Source: Nymphaea colorata
Taxonomy: Eukaryota
Length of the DNA stretch: 64,000 nucleotides
Reading direction: 5' to 3'
Assembly: GCF_008831285.2 (NCBI RefSeq)
Contig: NC_045138.2
Coordinates: forward strand, 35,278,001-35,342,000
Both the position numbers and the translations under genes were made by a program. Under the pieces are notes generated by a model, which saw only the letters and a list, made by a program, of their open reading frames with translations, was not told where the DNA came from and searched no databases. The stretch's first letter is position 1; each line of letters starts with the position of its first letter. Positions 12,583 through 27,100 of this stretch are shown here, in pieces.

Positions 12583-15229
12583 TCATGGCATTTGAACCAT
12601 AGATCTTCTAAACCGGTTGCTCCTGTTGAGCTTCAATCTGATTGATGGAACTTTACGTGATACTGCTTTCCAAATCATTTGAACAGCATCATCACCCTGG
12701 GATGGGTATTGATACTCAAAATGGTGCTCAATTTCCTTTAACCTTTCCCACATTTTCATCCATTCTTCCTTTGTGATGCTTCTAACTAATTTAATGAGAA
12801 AGCCTTCTTTAAGAGCATCAGATGTACGGACAAAAATGCAGAATTCTGAGTAGTCAAGGACGTCTTCATAAGGGAGCTCAATTTCATCGCTAATAATAAC
12901 AGGCACACAATGGCTGGCAATAGCATCAAACAGACGATTGGAGGATGGTGTGTCACCAGCAATGTTCAAACAGAATTTGGAAGAATGCATTCCTTTAGTT
13001 GCTTGATTTATCCCACCTCCACGTATGCTGCCAAAAGAAAAGTGCACATCCTTCTCATCTTTAAGAATATAGTATAGCTCCTGTCGAATATATCCACCCT
13101 GACAATAAATAGAAAGCAAAATGATTGATTATTGAATCAAAAGCAGTAAACACAATGGAAATGCACTAAAAGAAAGCAACCTGGAAGGTTGTCTGGATGA
13201 ATATTCTTTTCATGGGCACAACAAAGAATACCAGCAGCAAAATTTTGCTTTGATTAGGATCTTGAAGAAAGACCCTTAAGTCAAAAATTTTCCTGCAAGT
13301 CCTCACAACTAAGCATGATTTGGTTGTAAAAATTCATTTTTAGGAATCATAAGCATCTGATTTCATGCAATGACCAGAGATGATGAGTAATAAGAGGACC
13401 CTTTAATAGTTTGTCATCCAAAAATTTTCAGCATCATGCAAAGAGGATCATTCAGTTTCAAATGATCAAAAACAAAACCTAACTAAAACCAACAGAATGG
13501 ACATTTGTGCTATTCTTCATGTCCCATTGTATCATCAAACTTCCAAAAACAATCCGTGCTCATTGCTGAGAGATTACAGCAGCCCTTTTTTCTACTTAGG
13601 GAGGAAGTGTACAATTCAAATTAGAAATGATGCACGTTTATTATTGGAAGCCTGTCAGAAGATAACTTCAAAATATGTTTCATAAGAATTGAGAAAATAG
13701 TTACATCTATTGAAATCCTATGTGAAGACCATTTTAACATACCAAGTGTCGGTCATTAACTAGGAGCACCTAAAAGAAACGACTTAAGCACCCAAGAGAC
13801 CAGAAATGCATAACAATTTGTACTTATCAAGCAGATGATCCGCTATATTCAATCCTGCAAAAGTTATGGAGATTCAATTCAGCAACAGTACAATTTCTTG
13901 TGAACTTTCAGACCTCAGTTTTGGAATAAGGACAGCTATAAGCAGCAATTTTACTTAAAGTAGTGCACTATTTACTTGGCACAAAAGGTCAATAATGTAT
14001 ATTCTGTTAAATGAAAAAAATGTCAGTCCTAATTTTGAGAACACTTGTAACAAAGTGAAATTGCAGTGCAAACTTGCTGTAACAAAGTGAAATTGTACGT
14101 AGCAACTTTCATTGAACATCAAGAATATCCAAACTCACTTTCAGATCATTAAGTGCTAATGCGGACTTGAGCGATCATGTATTCAATTTAAAGAAGATGT
14201 GATGAAAAGACATATTTAATGGCAATTCTGCATTTAAATTGTTAAAAAGGAAACATTACATGAACCTCTAGTGCACTAAAACAGAATGGAAACAATGTTG
14301 CTACTCACATCTTTGCGGTAAATTGCTCCTTGAAAATACAGCAAGATAGGCCGGCTATCAAAGGTGGACGAATCATTATCATAATTTCTGATGACATGCT
14401 TGTAAGGAGCAATAATATCCTTGTCTATGTTTGCTACATTCGGAGGATACCTTCCAAAGTCAGAAAGTATAAACATGCATGGCCACAACTTCATCCTTGC
14501 GTCCAGCATACTGTTTGGGTGATGTGCAAGTATCACATGATCACGTCCACCTGATCTCTTCCATTCGTGCTGCACTCTTAGATAAGCTACCAGTTTATCC
14601 TGTAATGCCCTATTCAAGCTTACTTTTTCTTTCGGGTTCACCTTTGAATACCGATTATAACTCAATGAAGAGAAAAATGGAACAAATATGATATCAGCCT
14701 TACTGGAATTGTCAACTCTTACAGCATTACAAGGGCCTCTTCTGTTAGAAAACCTAGATGATAAAAGATCCAAAGTAAGCCAATATTCTGTACTATGTTG
14801 AAGATTTAATCCACCAGGATAATCTGGAACTCCGTTCGAGATATCAGGCCAAACGCTGTCTGTCCCTTTCCAGCCTAGCAAACCAAAATGAAATTCAGAA
14901 GGCAGGTCATACATAAAAACTTTCAGAGTCGTCTTGTTAGGCTCACAAGCGCTGGGTTGTTCTTTAACTTCGTCCTGGATGGTTGCTATTGTAGGCGGCG
15001 ATTCATGATGCTCTTTGCTAAGGTCCCTCGGTGTTGATTTAAAATTGTCAACTACAGAGAAGAGCTTTTTGTCAGGCAGAAAACCGTGTTCAATGAAATG
15101 CGGGGATCCTGCTGATTGGAGGAAAAAGAACCACGAGAAGACGAAGACAAACACAGACACAGTGAAGAGGCAGAACAAGTATCTCCTTCTTTCAAATCCA
15201 ACTGAATGTGGAATCCGGCCATCACCCAT
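12583..15229 (-). CDS. GT47/exostosin-family glycosyltransferase (ARAD1-like probable arabinosyltransferase); exons 15229-14309 and 13098-12583
   Basis: N-terminal TM anchor (YLFCLFTVSVFVFVFSWFFFL). Motifs LKVFMYDLPSEFHFGLL, YPGGLNLQHSTEYWLTLDLL, FVPFFSSLSYNR, SGGRDH, SSKFCLNIAGDTPSSNRLFDAIASHCVPVIISD, LPYEDVLDY. A phase-0 GT..AG intron joins YRKD|GGYIRQEL. First in-frame ATG at 15229. Confidence 0.92.
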
Positions 15230-18200
15230 TGCAGTATTGCATACGATACGAAATAAATTTCTACTGATACATGAAGAAATAGATATGCCCAAATTGGTGT
15301 TTAAGGCAATATAGGGAACCGCCGTAAAAATTTAGAGGTGTAGTGAAAACTGTTCAAGACGGTGGGAATCAATTTTCTCTGTCATACACCAAATTACATT
15401 CACAGAAATCACGTGGGCACATCAAAACCATGCAAGGACCTCAGTCTTGCTTGCAAGTCCGACCGGGTACTCACCTCCACCAATCTTCTCCGACTTGGTG
15501 TATCTCATGGGCGAGAAGGTAAGGAAACCCCATTCTTTTATTTTCCAATGATCTCCTCATTCTGAAAAAAGCACAGCGCACGCGCTGGATGATTCAAAAG
15601 GTAGCATCCTTTTTATTCCGAAATCAAAAATGTCGATGTACTTACATAGTGGTTTCCTCAAGATGGTGGCATTTCTCGGAAGAAGGGTATTTTTTGCTCA
15701 GCGTCAATCGTTTTACGCTCACAAAAAAGGAATCGGGTACCCGAAAAAGGATGGCACAGGCACGTAACCTTCTTCTGCAAGCACCGAAGCGTAAACTCAC
15801 CGAAAAATGGTGGTGATCTAAACTAACAAAGGATTACCCACTCCATCGTGCAGATCTAATTCACATCTTTAGCGACGACGAAGGAGGAATTTCGCTGCAA
15901 CAACCAAATCCCAACGCATGAACGATGGTAACTGTTCAAAGAAAGAAGGAAAAGGCCAAAGAAAGAAACATATGGCAAGTTAAATCTCGTTTTCAATACA
16001 GGAGTAAGGGAGGGGGTAAGGCAAATCAATGGAATGCATCCAAAGAGGGGGGGGGGGAGCTTCACCAGAAACAGGCGTGGTTACTCTTCTATCCGAACAG
16101 CCCGCGATGGTCGGGCTGATCTGTGGTTCCGGTCTCTTGTGGGCCAACCATTTCCTTCTATTTCTCATTTCTGCCGCTTCATTGAGAAACCTTCAAGCGC
16201 CTACCGCAATTTCGCCACCATTTTGAAAAGAAACCTTCGACTTCTCTCGTACAGGTGTACGTTTTTCTAGTAATTGCCAAGAAGGAATCTGGTTTTGAGC
16301 GCGGCCAACCTTCCGCAGCAGAGGCAGAATTATCTCAGACCACTTACGCCTTGAGTTTGTGGAGCCTCCAAAATTCATACTTAAGCCCACCTGGAAAAAA
16401 GAAGGAAAGAAAAAGCGCTACAAGGAAAAGTCATTAATTTGTAAATAAGGAAAAATAGGCCTTTGATCTCCGAGTTTTTATGAATGCATGTTCTTCAAGT
16501 AATTTGAGAGTCGAGGTCTTCCCAGTACAATTAAAAATAGGCCGCCACTGGTATCCCTAATACAATTTAAAATAGGCAACTTGAATTAAAGGATCGCATA
16601 CAAAAAAAAGTGAAACAAGTGCCAGAGTAAACCATAGTTAGCATAAAAAATTATTGAAGTATCATTTAAATAACTCTCTCACTCTCTTCTAAAATAGATC
16701 TCGCTATTTCATGCTCTTCGTGTCAAGAGATTTTCTCCTTTTTCTCTCTCATCGAAGTGATGTAAGGGGCGATCTCAGCGCAATGAAGATGGAAGCGTGT
16801 GATTCGTGAAACCCTGCGGACAACGGCGGTATCGATGAAGCAGAGAGGATGATATTAATGTTAATATAGCTGGGGAGGATGGAATGGCACGGGCTGTCGA
16901 CTATGCATGCCCATGCAATTGGTGCTTACTTGAGGAGGCCAGTTGAGGGACAAACTGGAGCGGTTTTCAAAGGAACACATGACATGAGTTGGGTCGATTA
17001 TCTTATCTGGGAACAAAAGTGGTGGCAGGCAGTATCTTACTTATCACCCTTTCCCTTGGTTGGTTTGCCCTTTCACCTAGTGCAGTATCTGCAGTAAGCT
17101 TTGACACTTACGTGTAAAAATCAAGAGGAGGAGAATATGCATATCCTACCAGCTTCTCCATCTTACTGCATAAAATACAATAATAACGTCTGGTGACTGG
17201 TTCCATCTCAATGGCAGGGTTACAATGCCATCACTGTCTGATGTAAGTTGCTGATAGAAATCAAAATTTTTCTCGTCTCAGGAACAACAAGCACATTTTC
17301 AACTGTAGAAAATCCATGAGCAGTAGGAATGCTGCTAGCAGTCCCAACGTGGGTAATGGCCAATTTTGTACCATTTAATTTCAACCGCGATTTTGTTTCC
17401 GACCACTTGCTCTTTTTTCAAGCCTAGGAAAACCATAAATCATCCTCCGCCGTTTGGTGATGATCGAAGCCCCCCCTCAAGAGCTTGGAGCCACGTTGCG
17501 AGATTGATACATCTCTTTGAAGTGAGTAAAGCATCGGATGGTAGCACTGTTCTTGCTTTCCACAAAGTTTGGCATATAATTCCCTTTTCTAGAGATCAAA
17601 TCATTTATTCCCACTGGAGTTGCCCTATTATATTAATTGTTGTGTTTTTTCTAGATTGAATAAGTCCATGCCCACGATATGAAAGCTGGTTATAGTCACT
17701 TACTTTGACCACGTCTCTTTTATTTTTAAGTGACAAAAGGGTCATATGCTGATTTGTATTAGCGATGCATATTCTTGCATGCTTCATGTGTCCTTGAAAT
17801 AATTTAACAAGACGACTATAATTTGGGATCGGTGGTTTAGTCACAAAATATTCATAATCACTCCCTAATCCATTAAGAAGGAAAAAAAAAAAACTTCGTG
17901 TTCGTTAGTTTGGGGTTAACTATCCATAACCGTGTGAGTATTTTGTGGATCAAGAGGGGTTGGCATTATTGGGAATCAAAGAGGAAGTTTTGTGAATATG
18001 ATATATACTTTGTGATTTATTTATGATATATGCCATCTCCAAAATCCCCCAACAGCGTTAGTGCTGCCCGGGAAGCGGAATACCCGGGCAAACGGGGTTG
18101 CCACTTTCTTCTTTCTTGCTTTTTATGGGATGGAGAGGGGAGGGAGAGATGTAAATGTGGTACACTCACCAATTCCAGTAAATTTTTTATTTTTTTGATA

Positions 18201-19459
18201 CCAATGAAATAAATGAAGTTCACGGAAACAGTGGGACACCCAGCGCGAGTAATAGCAATGTCAGGGCATCACGTGACGCTTTACGGTGATTCGCACAAGT
18301 GAAGTGAGTAATAGGCGGCTTTCGTGGAGCAACCTCATTGAATCTTCAGTAGTTCATGAGTGAGTGAGTTTAAGCAGGCACCATGACCATGGCACTGGCA
18401 CCAGAGGTCGAGGAACGAATTGCGCAGCTCTTTCAAAACAGGAGGGGAAGGGCTATTTTCTTCCTCTTCTCGTCTCGCCGGGCCGCAAAACGAGCGGCCA
18501 CCACCATTGCATTAATTTACTCATCGTCAAGTGAAGGCCAACTTGAAAGTAGCTAGCCTAGTTGGAGACCTGAAACTGGCCTCCCCGACGTGTAAAGACC
18601 TGCCTGCTCAAGAGTCAAGAGCCCTGCGCCTCACTAGGGCCTTACTCTTCCTTGGCCATTAAAATGAAACAACAGCCACTGTCCTCCAGTTTGCAGGTCC
18701 AACTCAACTTAAAGCTGTCGCAGGCTTCTAATTGAACTGCCAAGCAGCTGCGGCAGTTATTGTCCAGCCACGTACGGTACAGTTGAATTAATAAGGTTTG
18801 TGCAACTTAAACTCGCTCCCATTTCCTCTGTTCTCGTTAACAAGGCACTCACCATCGCTTCCTTGCTCTGGTTCCTGCGGAAGCCAAAGCTCCAACTGTG
18901 CCAATGACCCGACTCCGACCTGTGGTTGAGCTGACTGGATGTGAACTGGGTGGGTTTACAGAGTGAAATGATCTTTTCTGCACTTAAAATAAAGAGACGT
19001 GAAAGAAATAGAAGTTCCAAAACGGAGCCTGCAGAATGCCCAGGGGCCTGGGGGCCGACAGACATCCATTTTGGTGGTGATCGACGACTCTGCGGCCTCA
19101 CCACTCAAAGCGCGCGCCCAAGTAGTCAAGGTGGAGCCCATTGCCCAAGCAAGAGAGGGAAGGTGGGGAGCAAGGCACGAGCAGCCATGAATATCCCCGT
19201 CGAAGCGGCGAGACTGCCCTCGTGCTCTGCGCCTGCGAGAAGACCTTCTTCACATGTCTCTCGGCCTCATTTTTTCAACCCGCCTTTATTGCCAAAATGA
19301 CTTTACGATAACAGAAATTGAAAAAGGGAAACAAAAAAGGAAAACATCTCTACTCCTTCTCCCCTTTAAATGTCCCAATTTCCCATTGCTTCCGCCCCCT
19401 CCCCTCGCACATTCTGGAGTCTGAAACGCCCTCTTCCTCATCATCCAGATTCACCAGCC

Positions 19460-20089
19460 ATGACAAGGGTTGCTGGGCTCGTCTTCTTGTTACTTCTCCT
19501 CTTCTGCATTTTGGGATCCGAGGTGGTTCCTATCCACTCTGTTTTTGGCTCTGCTAATCGGGCCTTCCTTTCTGTCATTTTTTAGTTGTTTTTGTGGTTC
19601 CTTATGCTGTTGAAGCAGGTTGTGGCTGCGATGAGAGAAGGGGATGTAATGAATGTGCAGCATTCTCAGAAGGTAGCCTTTTTCCTTTTCCTGTTTTTTA
19701 TTATTGCTAAAACTTGAACAGAAACTATAGACTGTTTACAATGTGCCTTTCTTTTTTAAATGTCTGGTGATATTATCTATAGAAATGAGGCGGTCTCAGT
19801 GGAACGCTGATTAATTTCTCGTAATCTATGGAAAAATACTGGTACACTCAACCTCATGCAAGCATAGATGTAATCTTTTTCAAGTTCAACTTTTGGTTGG
19901 GCATGTTATTTTCCCTTCTCTTTCTCTCTCTCTCTCTCTTTTCCTTTTATATGTAGCATGTTTTGGTACTCTTTTCCTTTGATTAACCTCTTTTTATATT
20001 AAATATCAGCTGGCTCCAATAACGACTGCTTTTTTTTTTTTAATTGATAGGGGGGATATGGTCCTGGAAGCTTGAGGAGTTCCCGTATG

Positions 20090-20120
<31 letters not shown>

Positions 20121-21188
20121 GCACTACCGGAAAAGGGAAAAGCGGCCGGACCCACGGCCTGCTCAAGTTTGGGTTAATACGTGGAGCATCCACCATCTTT
20201 CGGAAATACAAGCCACAGACCCCCACCATGGTCTCCAGTGACCTTAAATTATCAAAACTACTAAGTGCAAACATTTGTTAAAAATAAGACGGTGGCTGAA
20301 CCAATGTCAGCCATTGCTTCCTAGTCGGCCCGCTGTAGACAGAAAGAACTGAAACGGCCGTTTTGGATTTGCAAAGGCTGGTTGCGTTGCTCGGAATTTG
20401 AGCGCCCGCAAAATTGCCTTGTTCAAGCAACATTATAGGCACCAAATATATACCTAAACCTTTTTTGGCTTTCTCAAGCGCAATGAATAATGATATCCTG
20501 CTGCAACACTTAAAACTCGAGCCGTTCCCTATCTAAAATGCCTTTTACCATTCATGCAGCATTTTTCTCTGTGTCCCTGGTTTCCTAAATCATGAAATGC
20601 AGGAAAGGTTTAGTTAAGCTACGAGCTTCTCGCCTTCTACCTAATCAACCACCTGAATTTTCATTTCGCTTTTCTTTCGTGTGCTTAATTTCAGTGAACT
20701 TGTAAACCCCATTCTTGTCCCTCCCAAAGCGCAGCTTAATTTGTCTCATCATCCCCGAAACTATTATGGGTAAATTAACATGTATGCTTCACGTCCCTAC
20801 CCGTATGATCTCGCGGGTCAAAGCAGTCAAAGTTGGATTTCGTTCGCCCATTTCCTTGGTTTCCTTTTTCAAGTCATGGTGTTGTTGCTTGTGAATTATA
20901 ATATACTAAGTTCAAAGCCTCGTGATCCTTCTGTTGTTGGGAAGCCGTTTTTTGTGCCTCTGCGGTTGAATCTTGAATGTTTTCTGAATGTCAGAGTTAT
21001 GTGCAGAGTGCCCTCATGAGTGCACGAGGAGATGCTCCAAGACACAGTATCACAAGGCCTGCATGTTCTTCTGCCAAAAGTGCTGCAGCAAGTGTCTGTG
21101 CGTCCCACCTGGCTACTATGGCAACAAGCAGACCTGTGCTTGCTATAACAACTGGAAGACCAAGAGGGGTGGCCCCAAATGCCCTTGA
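19460..21188 (+). CDS. GASA: GASA/snakin gibberellin-regulated cysteine-rich peptide, 110 aa; exons 19460-19522, 19619-19672, 20051-20084, 21007-21188
   Basis: Signal peptide MTRVAGLVFLLLLLFCILGSE, linker GGYGPGSLRSS, and 12-Cys GASA domain QCPHECTRRCSKTQYHKACMFFCQKCCSKCLCVPPGYYGNKQTCACYNNWKTKRGGPKCP. All junctions are GT-AG and the exons total 333 nt in frame. Confidence 0.93.
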
Positions 21189-24100
21189 ACAGATCACAGT
21201 CGGACTCATCTCCCTATTCTCCTACTACATCTCCTCTTGTTGCGTGTCTTATCTCTAATCAGTCACTTCGTAGGTGTTATCTATCTATCATATACATCCT
21301 AGGCGATCATCCTTTTGCGCTCGTGTTTTAGCCGTAGTGTTAAGTTTGGTTCATCCTACCGGTGTGGGGGACTGGGGAGCCAGGGGAGTGCAACCCGACG
21401 GTTTCGGGATTTTAGGCGGATGGCTTGTAAATCGACGGTTGCTATTCCTCTTCCGTTTCCTTGTGTGTCTGAAGTGGATTCCATTCTCGTGATCTTATTG
21501 TTTCCTTAGAAGTTGATCTGTTATGGTTGAATGCGTATATAGCACGACCGAGCATGTGCAGTGATGGCGTAAGTTGTGCGTTTGTTTTGATCAAAGCCGT
21601 AGGCTTTGGGAAGGTAGAGTTGTTGAACTGTTGCCCGTTCTTGTGGGGGGAAGAAGCATGTGGCTAAGTGTTCTCCTGTTGAACTAGAGAAAGATTTTAC
21701 TCGCTCCGATGGTTGAAACTCAGTTGGTATGCTTTGTTTGGCTAGGAACGTAACCCCGATACGTCGTTCACTGCTGTTCGATCCAAGCTTTCGCACTTGT
21801 TGGATAAACGGAATTGGCAGCGTCACGCTTTTCCATACATTCTAGGTTGAAAACTAGGGAAATATAAGGACCATGGAAAAGGCGAAGGATGAGCTAGGTT
21901 GGTGCTCGTGACTTGATTTGTGAGCTTTGTAACTAAAATTTGCTTGGATGGAGGATGCTTCTTGCTTCAACTTTGGCTCTTATCCCTCCAGGGCAAATGG
22001 TTTCTCAGACAAATGTAAAGGTTTAATTAAAAACGAAAGGCGAAGAAATCCGCGCATTGCGTGGACCAGGAATTGCCCGGTTGTAATTTTGCAAACCGCC
22101 TTCTAAACGTCTTCTTCTTCTTCGAAAATTGAAGGTCAAGAAGTGATTTTTTGGATTTTATAGCTAAAGCTTGTTTATCCATCCCTAGATTAACTTATTT
22201 AGGTTTGGTATACGGCTTGGTAGTCTTGGTTACATTTCCAAATGAAAGAACCTAAAAAGTGTATGTGTGAGTTCGCAAGTGATATTCATATTTTGTTTTA
22301 AATATTTGAAGAATGATTATTGAACTTTAACCTCTTAAGGTTTTTTTGGATTAAGGCTGCACCGCAATCTCATTCTGAAAATGGCCACATGTCTTAGTGA
22401 CTTATTCCCACCAACCTACGGGCATTCAGTAGGAAATTAAGCCTGCTGCCACTGAGGCGCTCGATTTTGCCTACGGTTGATTCAAACTCCTAGTGCTCCA
22501 TCGACTGAGTTACTTACAAATGAGCAAGCTCTTTGAGCCGTTCACCTTTCATAGGAAATTAATGGATATGAAAGAGTAGGCTCTCTTTTTAGTGTGGGTT
22601 ACAGCGCAATGCTAAGAAATGAAGTGTTGCCGCTTACGTGCTAAATGCAAGTCATACAACCCCTCGGTGGCCTAGCGTTTTTCTAAATCTGCTCAGACAA
22701 TGGAAATTAATCCCCCGTCCAAAATGTAGCCTGTCCCCAGGAAAATGGATATCGTTATCAATTTGCATTAGAAAACAAACATTTACAAGAATGGGGGGGG
22801 GTAAATGGTACCCGCCAAAATGGTTAGTACCAATGCCCATCATTTACCTTTTATAGAAAAGGATCCCTAACAGTTGAGACTTTTTGAAGTAAAAATATGA
22901 GGGGGTTGGGTGTGGTGGTCACTATTCAATTACACCACCGCACATCTACTGTGCATTAGTTCCTGAGGGCTAAAGCCTTTCATACTCCACTCCTGCTTCA
23001 GCATTTCGTTTCTATACTGTTGGGTGCGGTGTCTAACACAACTCTCGCTCGATACTGACTGCTCTACCTTGCAAACGAGAATCTGCCCATTTTCGAAAGG
23101 GAACGAACTGGACTCTTCGTTCAACCAAACAAGAGCTAATACTTGTTGAAGGAAGCCTCGAGGAGAGTAGCGTACCGGGTGGGGCTGGTGGCATGTTAAC
23201 AGCACGTCATCGGTTCCATCCTTACGGGGCTCTACTCTCCTGTGCATCAAGTTGAAAGAAAGTACTGTCACTCCATCCCAGGAAGGAAGCTTAATTTGGC
23301 CCTCTAAATCTGATACTGCACTCAGCCAAGAGAAGTAGGAGCTGAGCGCACACAATCCCGCAAATTTCAGTTATTTTTGCATTGGTGGTCTCCAACAATT
23401 ACTAATTTCATATGTATAGGTGCCCCTTCATTATTTGCTTAGAGCATTTTTACGATTTTATTTTGTGCAAGTTTTTCTGAATTGCTGCTCCTTAGTCAAA
23501 ACTTGCTAGCTCTGCTACTAAGTGGAAGACGCTTTTGCCCTACAAATTTGTACATAAAATTCCAGGGTTTCAGCATGGTGTCCGGTGATAATGTTGCCTA
23601 AGATTTTCATCCTGCAATCAAATGGAGAACACACTCTAAATACAATTAATCTTGCGCAAAGATAGAAGGGCTTGCTAAAAGGACAGAGTTCAAGGACAGA
23701 ACACATGCAGAAGCACGATCGTCTAGCTCTGGAAACCCATCTGCGTTTTCGACTAAAAGCTCGCTAGGGTCTTTTGAAGAACCAAGAACTTAACTGACGG
23801 GCAGTGGAGGGACCCAGCTCCTAGGATTAAAGCGTCACCCGTCCGAGTTTATTTCGTTTATTCAATTGTCGCGTAGGGCCACCAAAGAGGAGCGTTATAA
23901 GAAGATGCATCAATTATTGGTGTCCATCTCGAAGGAGGATTACTTTTATGATCCTAACATGGTAACTCTACCCTGGATCTCACTCCTAGCTAGGCCGATT
24001 ACTATATAGCAGAAAAGCTAAGAAATAGTACATCGCAATGTCTTCAGGATAATTAGTTCTATTATTTCCTTATATATGGTATGGGGCCGACCGTATATAC

Positions 24101-27100
24101 TAAAAGCAAGAACAATAACTAGTACTGAACATCACAAATGAACAGAAGTAACAGTAGGTCAGAAATATCTATGTTTGTCCAGGAGACTTAGTGTGATCAA
24201 CTGGATAGATCGCACTAAGCCCTTGTAAGGTGAAAGAGTGCAAACCGAAACGGGAAGCTGAAGGAGACAAGCTGGGTCACAATAGAATCAAAAGTTTGCT
24301 GCTTTTTCTTCTTTTTACGCCCCATCAAAGCTCACCACCAATTCTTTAGGTAAAAAGAGGCGTATGATTCATGTGCCAACAAGTTCATATGCCAATTTAA
24401 TGAAAGAACAACTATAAGGGTACCGAAGCTGACTCGCCTTCAGCGGCTGTGTTTGTTATTAACTTGTGGGGCACTTGGGCTGCACTTCAACCCTTCACTG
24501 TTCTTGGACTTTAGCGATGCCAGTTGATGTCATGAATCCATCAAAGCTACGCCAAAGATTTGATATGGTCGTCTTTTTGCAAAAAAAAAAACAAACACAC
24601 GGTAGGGGCATAATGAACTACCATTACTTTGAGCTCCATAGGCCTGATGCTGCATATGGTCCCAACTTACAATCACTCCTTTCGTTTTTGACAAATATAC
24701 AATTTAAAAGTAGCATGTTGCTTATCAAATCACGTCTTTCCATGTTCTCCGCAATCAAGTGCGAATCAATATGCCATGAATTTGTTTAAAAATCCACGGG
24801 GCCCTGGCCGACGACGGGCTGAGGGGTGTAACCACCCACTGATGAATTGCTAAGAGTTGGTGAGGATGAAATGACCTTAAGATTTTAAAATAACAAAAAG
24901 CAAAACAGAAGGGGAAAAAGAGAAACTTTGATGGCCCGAAACAAATGAGCAAAACAGTGCGGCACTGCTTTTGCAGCTTATGCTTTCCCAGAAAACACAT
25001 AATTAATAAGTTAAAACACATGGAATAAAATAACAAATAAGAAAACATGCTTACACAATTTAGGGAGGAACTTTAAAGAGTCAATTTGATTACTTTCCAC
25101 TCATCACTCACTGTCAATTTGTTTCCTTCGTTCCTGAATCTGATATTGCTCGTTAAAGCACTCGCAACAGGGCAACGGCAGCAAGAATAATTCTTGTTAT
25201 TTTCAGCAAGCGCAAGCGCGCTTTAGCTAGATCGCTTCATGCCCCATAGTTGGTTCTTTTGATCATTCGGACTCCCAACAATTTGAACAGTATGACTATG
25301 ATGGTCAAGCAAGCCAGCATTTCTTTCCCTACCAAGCGTGGAAAAGCAGATCTGCTTCCGTGCAAACTATATGATCTCTTCAAGCTTGCAATTAGAAAGC
25401 AGAGCATTGAGCACGCGTGTCTCCAAACATATTCGATAATCGAAGATCATGCATGAAAAGTTTTTTCACTTGGAGCACCATGCACTGATAGGATGCCTCT
25501 CAACAGCCACGTTCTCGTCCAGGCTTCGAAAAAATGGCAAATTTGCATGGGATTTCGAGTGAGAATGTGAAGCTTAAGATCCACACGGTGTCAGTAGACA
25601 TGTACTGGAATTATGGGACGAGAGTTGGTCGGTTGAGGGCCTCGAAAGCTGGAATACTGGACATGAATAAATTTTGAACATCCATGTCTTTTCCCGATAG
25701 AAAATTAAGAATGGCGATAAAAGTCCTTTTCCTTTTGAATAAATATTCATGCAACAACCAAGGATAAAACGCAATTTATAACTTGGTCCCAGGCAGACCA
25801 TGCACCATTAGGTTTGAGATCGTCGGCCGTAATTTCTCAATATTAATTAAGTCCGTTCAGAGGAACTGTACGGACGAAATCTAGATGTTAAATATATTCG
25901 AGTAATTAACTATAACACAGTTTGTTTTGTTTTCAGTAGAACAGGAAATGAAAGGAAGCGCGCGGCCAATCGATGTAGTGGAGATAAAACTAATAAAAGG
26001 TGGCCTCCTAGCTAGGGTAGGATCAAGATATATGTGAAACTGGGCAAATGATGATTCATGCAATGGAAGCCAAAAATAATTAATTGTTGTTAACGCTTAT
26101 ATTGGCCGCTAACTTGGAACCAGCACTTAGTTAATGCCCACAATATCTTCTTGAGGAGACAACATGTTGCGAGAACAAAGATGTGCTAATTAAGTTGCTT
26201 TTGTGATCTGCTGCCCTTAATTAATCAACAATATTCTTCTTTCAGGTCTCCATCCACTAACATGGAAAATATAACCAAAAGCAAAAGCACTTAGCACGTT
26301 CGATAGTCAAATGTGGGCTCCCTATATCAAGGAATTATGCAAAGCTTGTATATCTAGTGCATGGATTCCTTACTTTCTTGTACATTTTCTTTTAAAGCGA
26401 TTAATTTGAAGTCTAGTGGCCGCTTTTGCTGAAATCAGCAGGGACAGACCCATCGCGGATTCCGCCGAACATTAAGTTGTTAAGTGCGATACATTCCTCC
26501 GACGCTAAAGGACTCGACGAAGAGTTTGGCATCTAACATCGAGTCAATTAGAAGTTAAAGTAGAGATCGAGTCGATACAGAAGTCGTTGGGGCATCTGCG
26601 GATTTTACCCAATGGTTGACTAAATGAGTTAACGTTTCTGGTGGCCAAGCAAGTAACAAATAAGCACCAGCAAACACGATGGCTGTGGTCGGAGAAACTC
26701 AACCATTTGCCGCAAAAGGCACACGTACCCTCTGTCTTCTAACCTTGAGTCAATACCCATTGGTTGAGATCATATGCTGAAAAAAGCAGTGCACGAATAT
26801 TTATTTTGTAATTGTAATGTGGCAAAAGTAGGAAATTTTTTTAAGTATTGGGAGAGGCGGAATTATGGACGCGGGGAATATATGAAGGAAAAGTTGAAGT
26901 GGTGGTTTTGGAAGATTATTGTCCTCGCTTTCATTTTTAAACTATATATATCGTGTGGTGGTAGATTTTGTTTGCCTGATAGTGACCCTTGTGCTAGCTT
27001 TTATGGTGATGATAATTCTGTGCATGCTTGGAGATTGTATCAGGTGAAGCTTTTGACCCTTCAAACCGACTCCCCTCTAAAGTGGTTTTTAGTCCATCTT

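Noticed and set aside
15230..15292. ORF-track start of the GT47 gene at 15292
   Set aside because: It is a TTG codon; the first in-frame ATG is at 15229.
23275..23292. CCCAGGAAGGAAGC resembling SRP RNA helix 8
   Set aside because: Motif incomplete; no Pol III USE/TATA or surrounding SRP structure seen.
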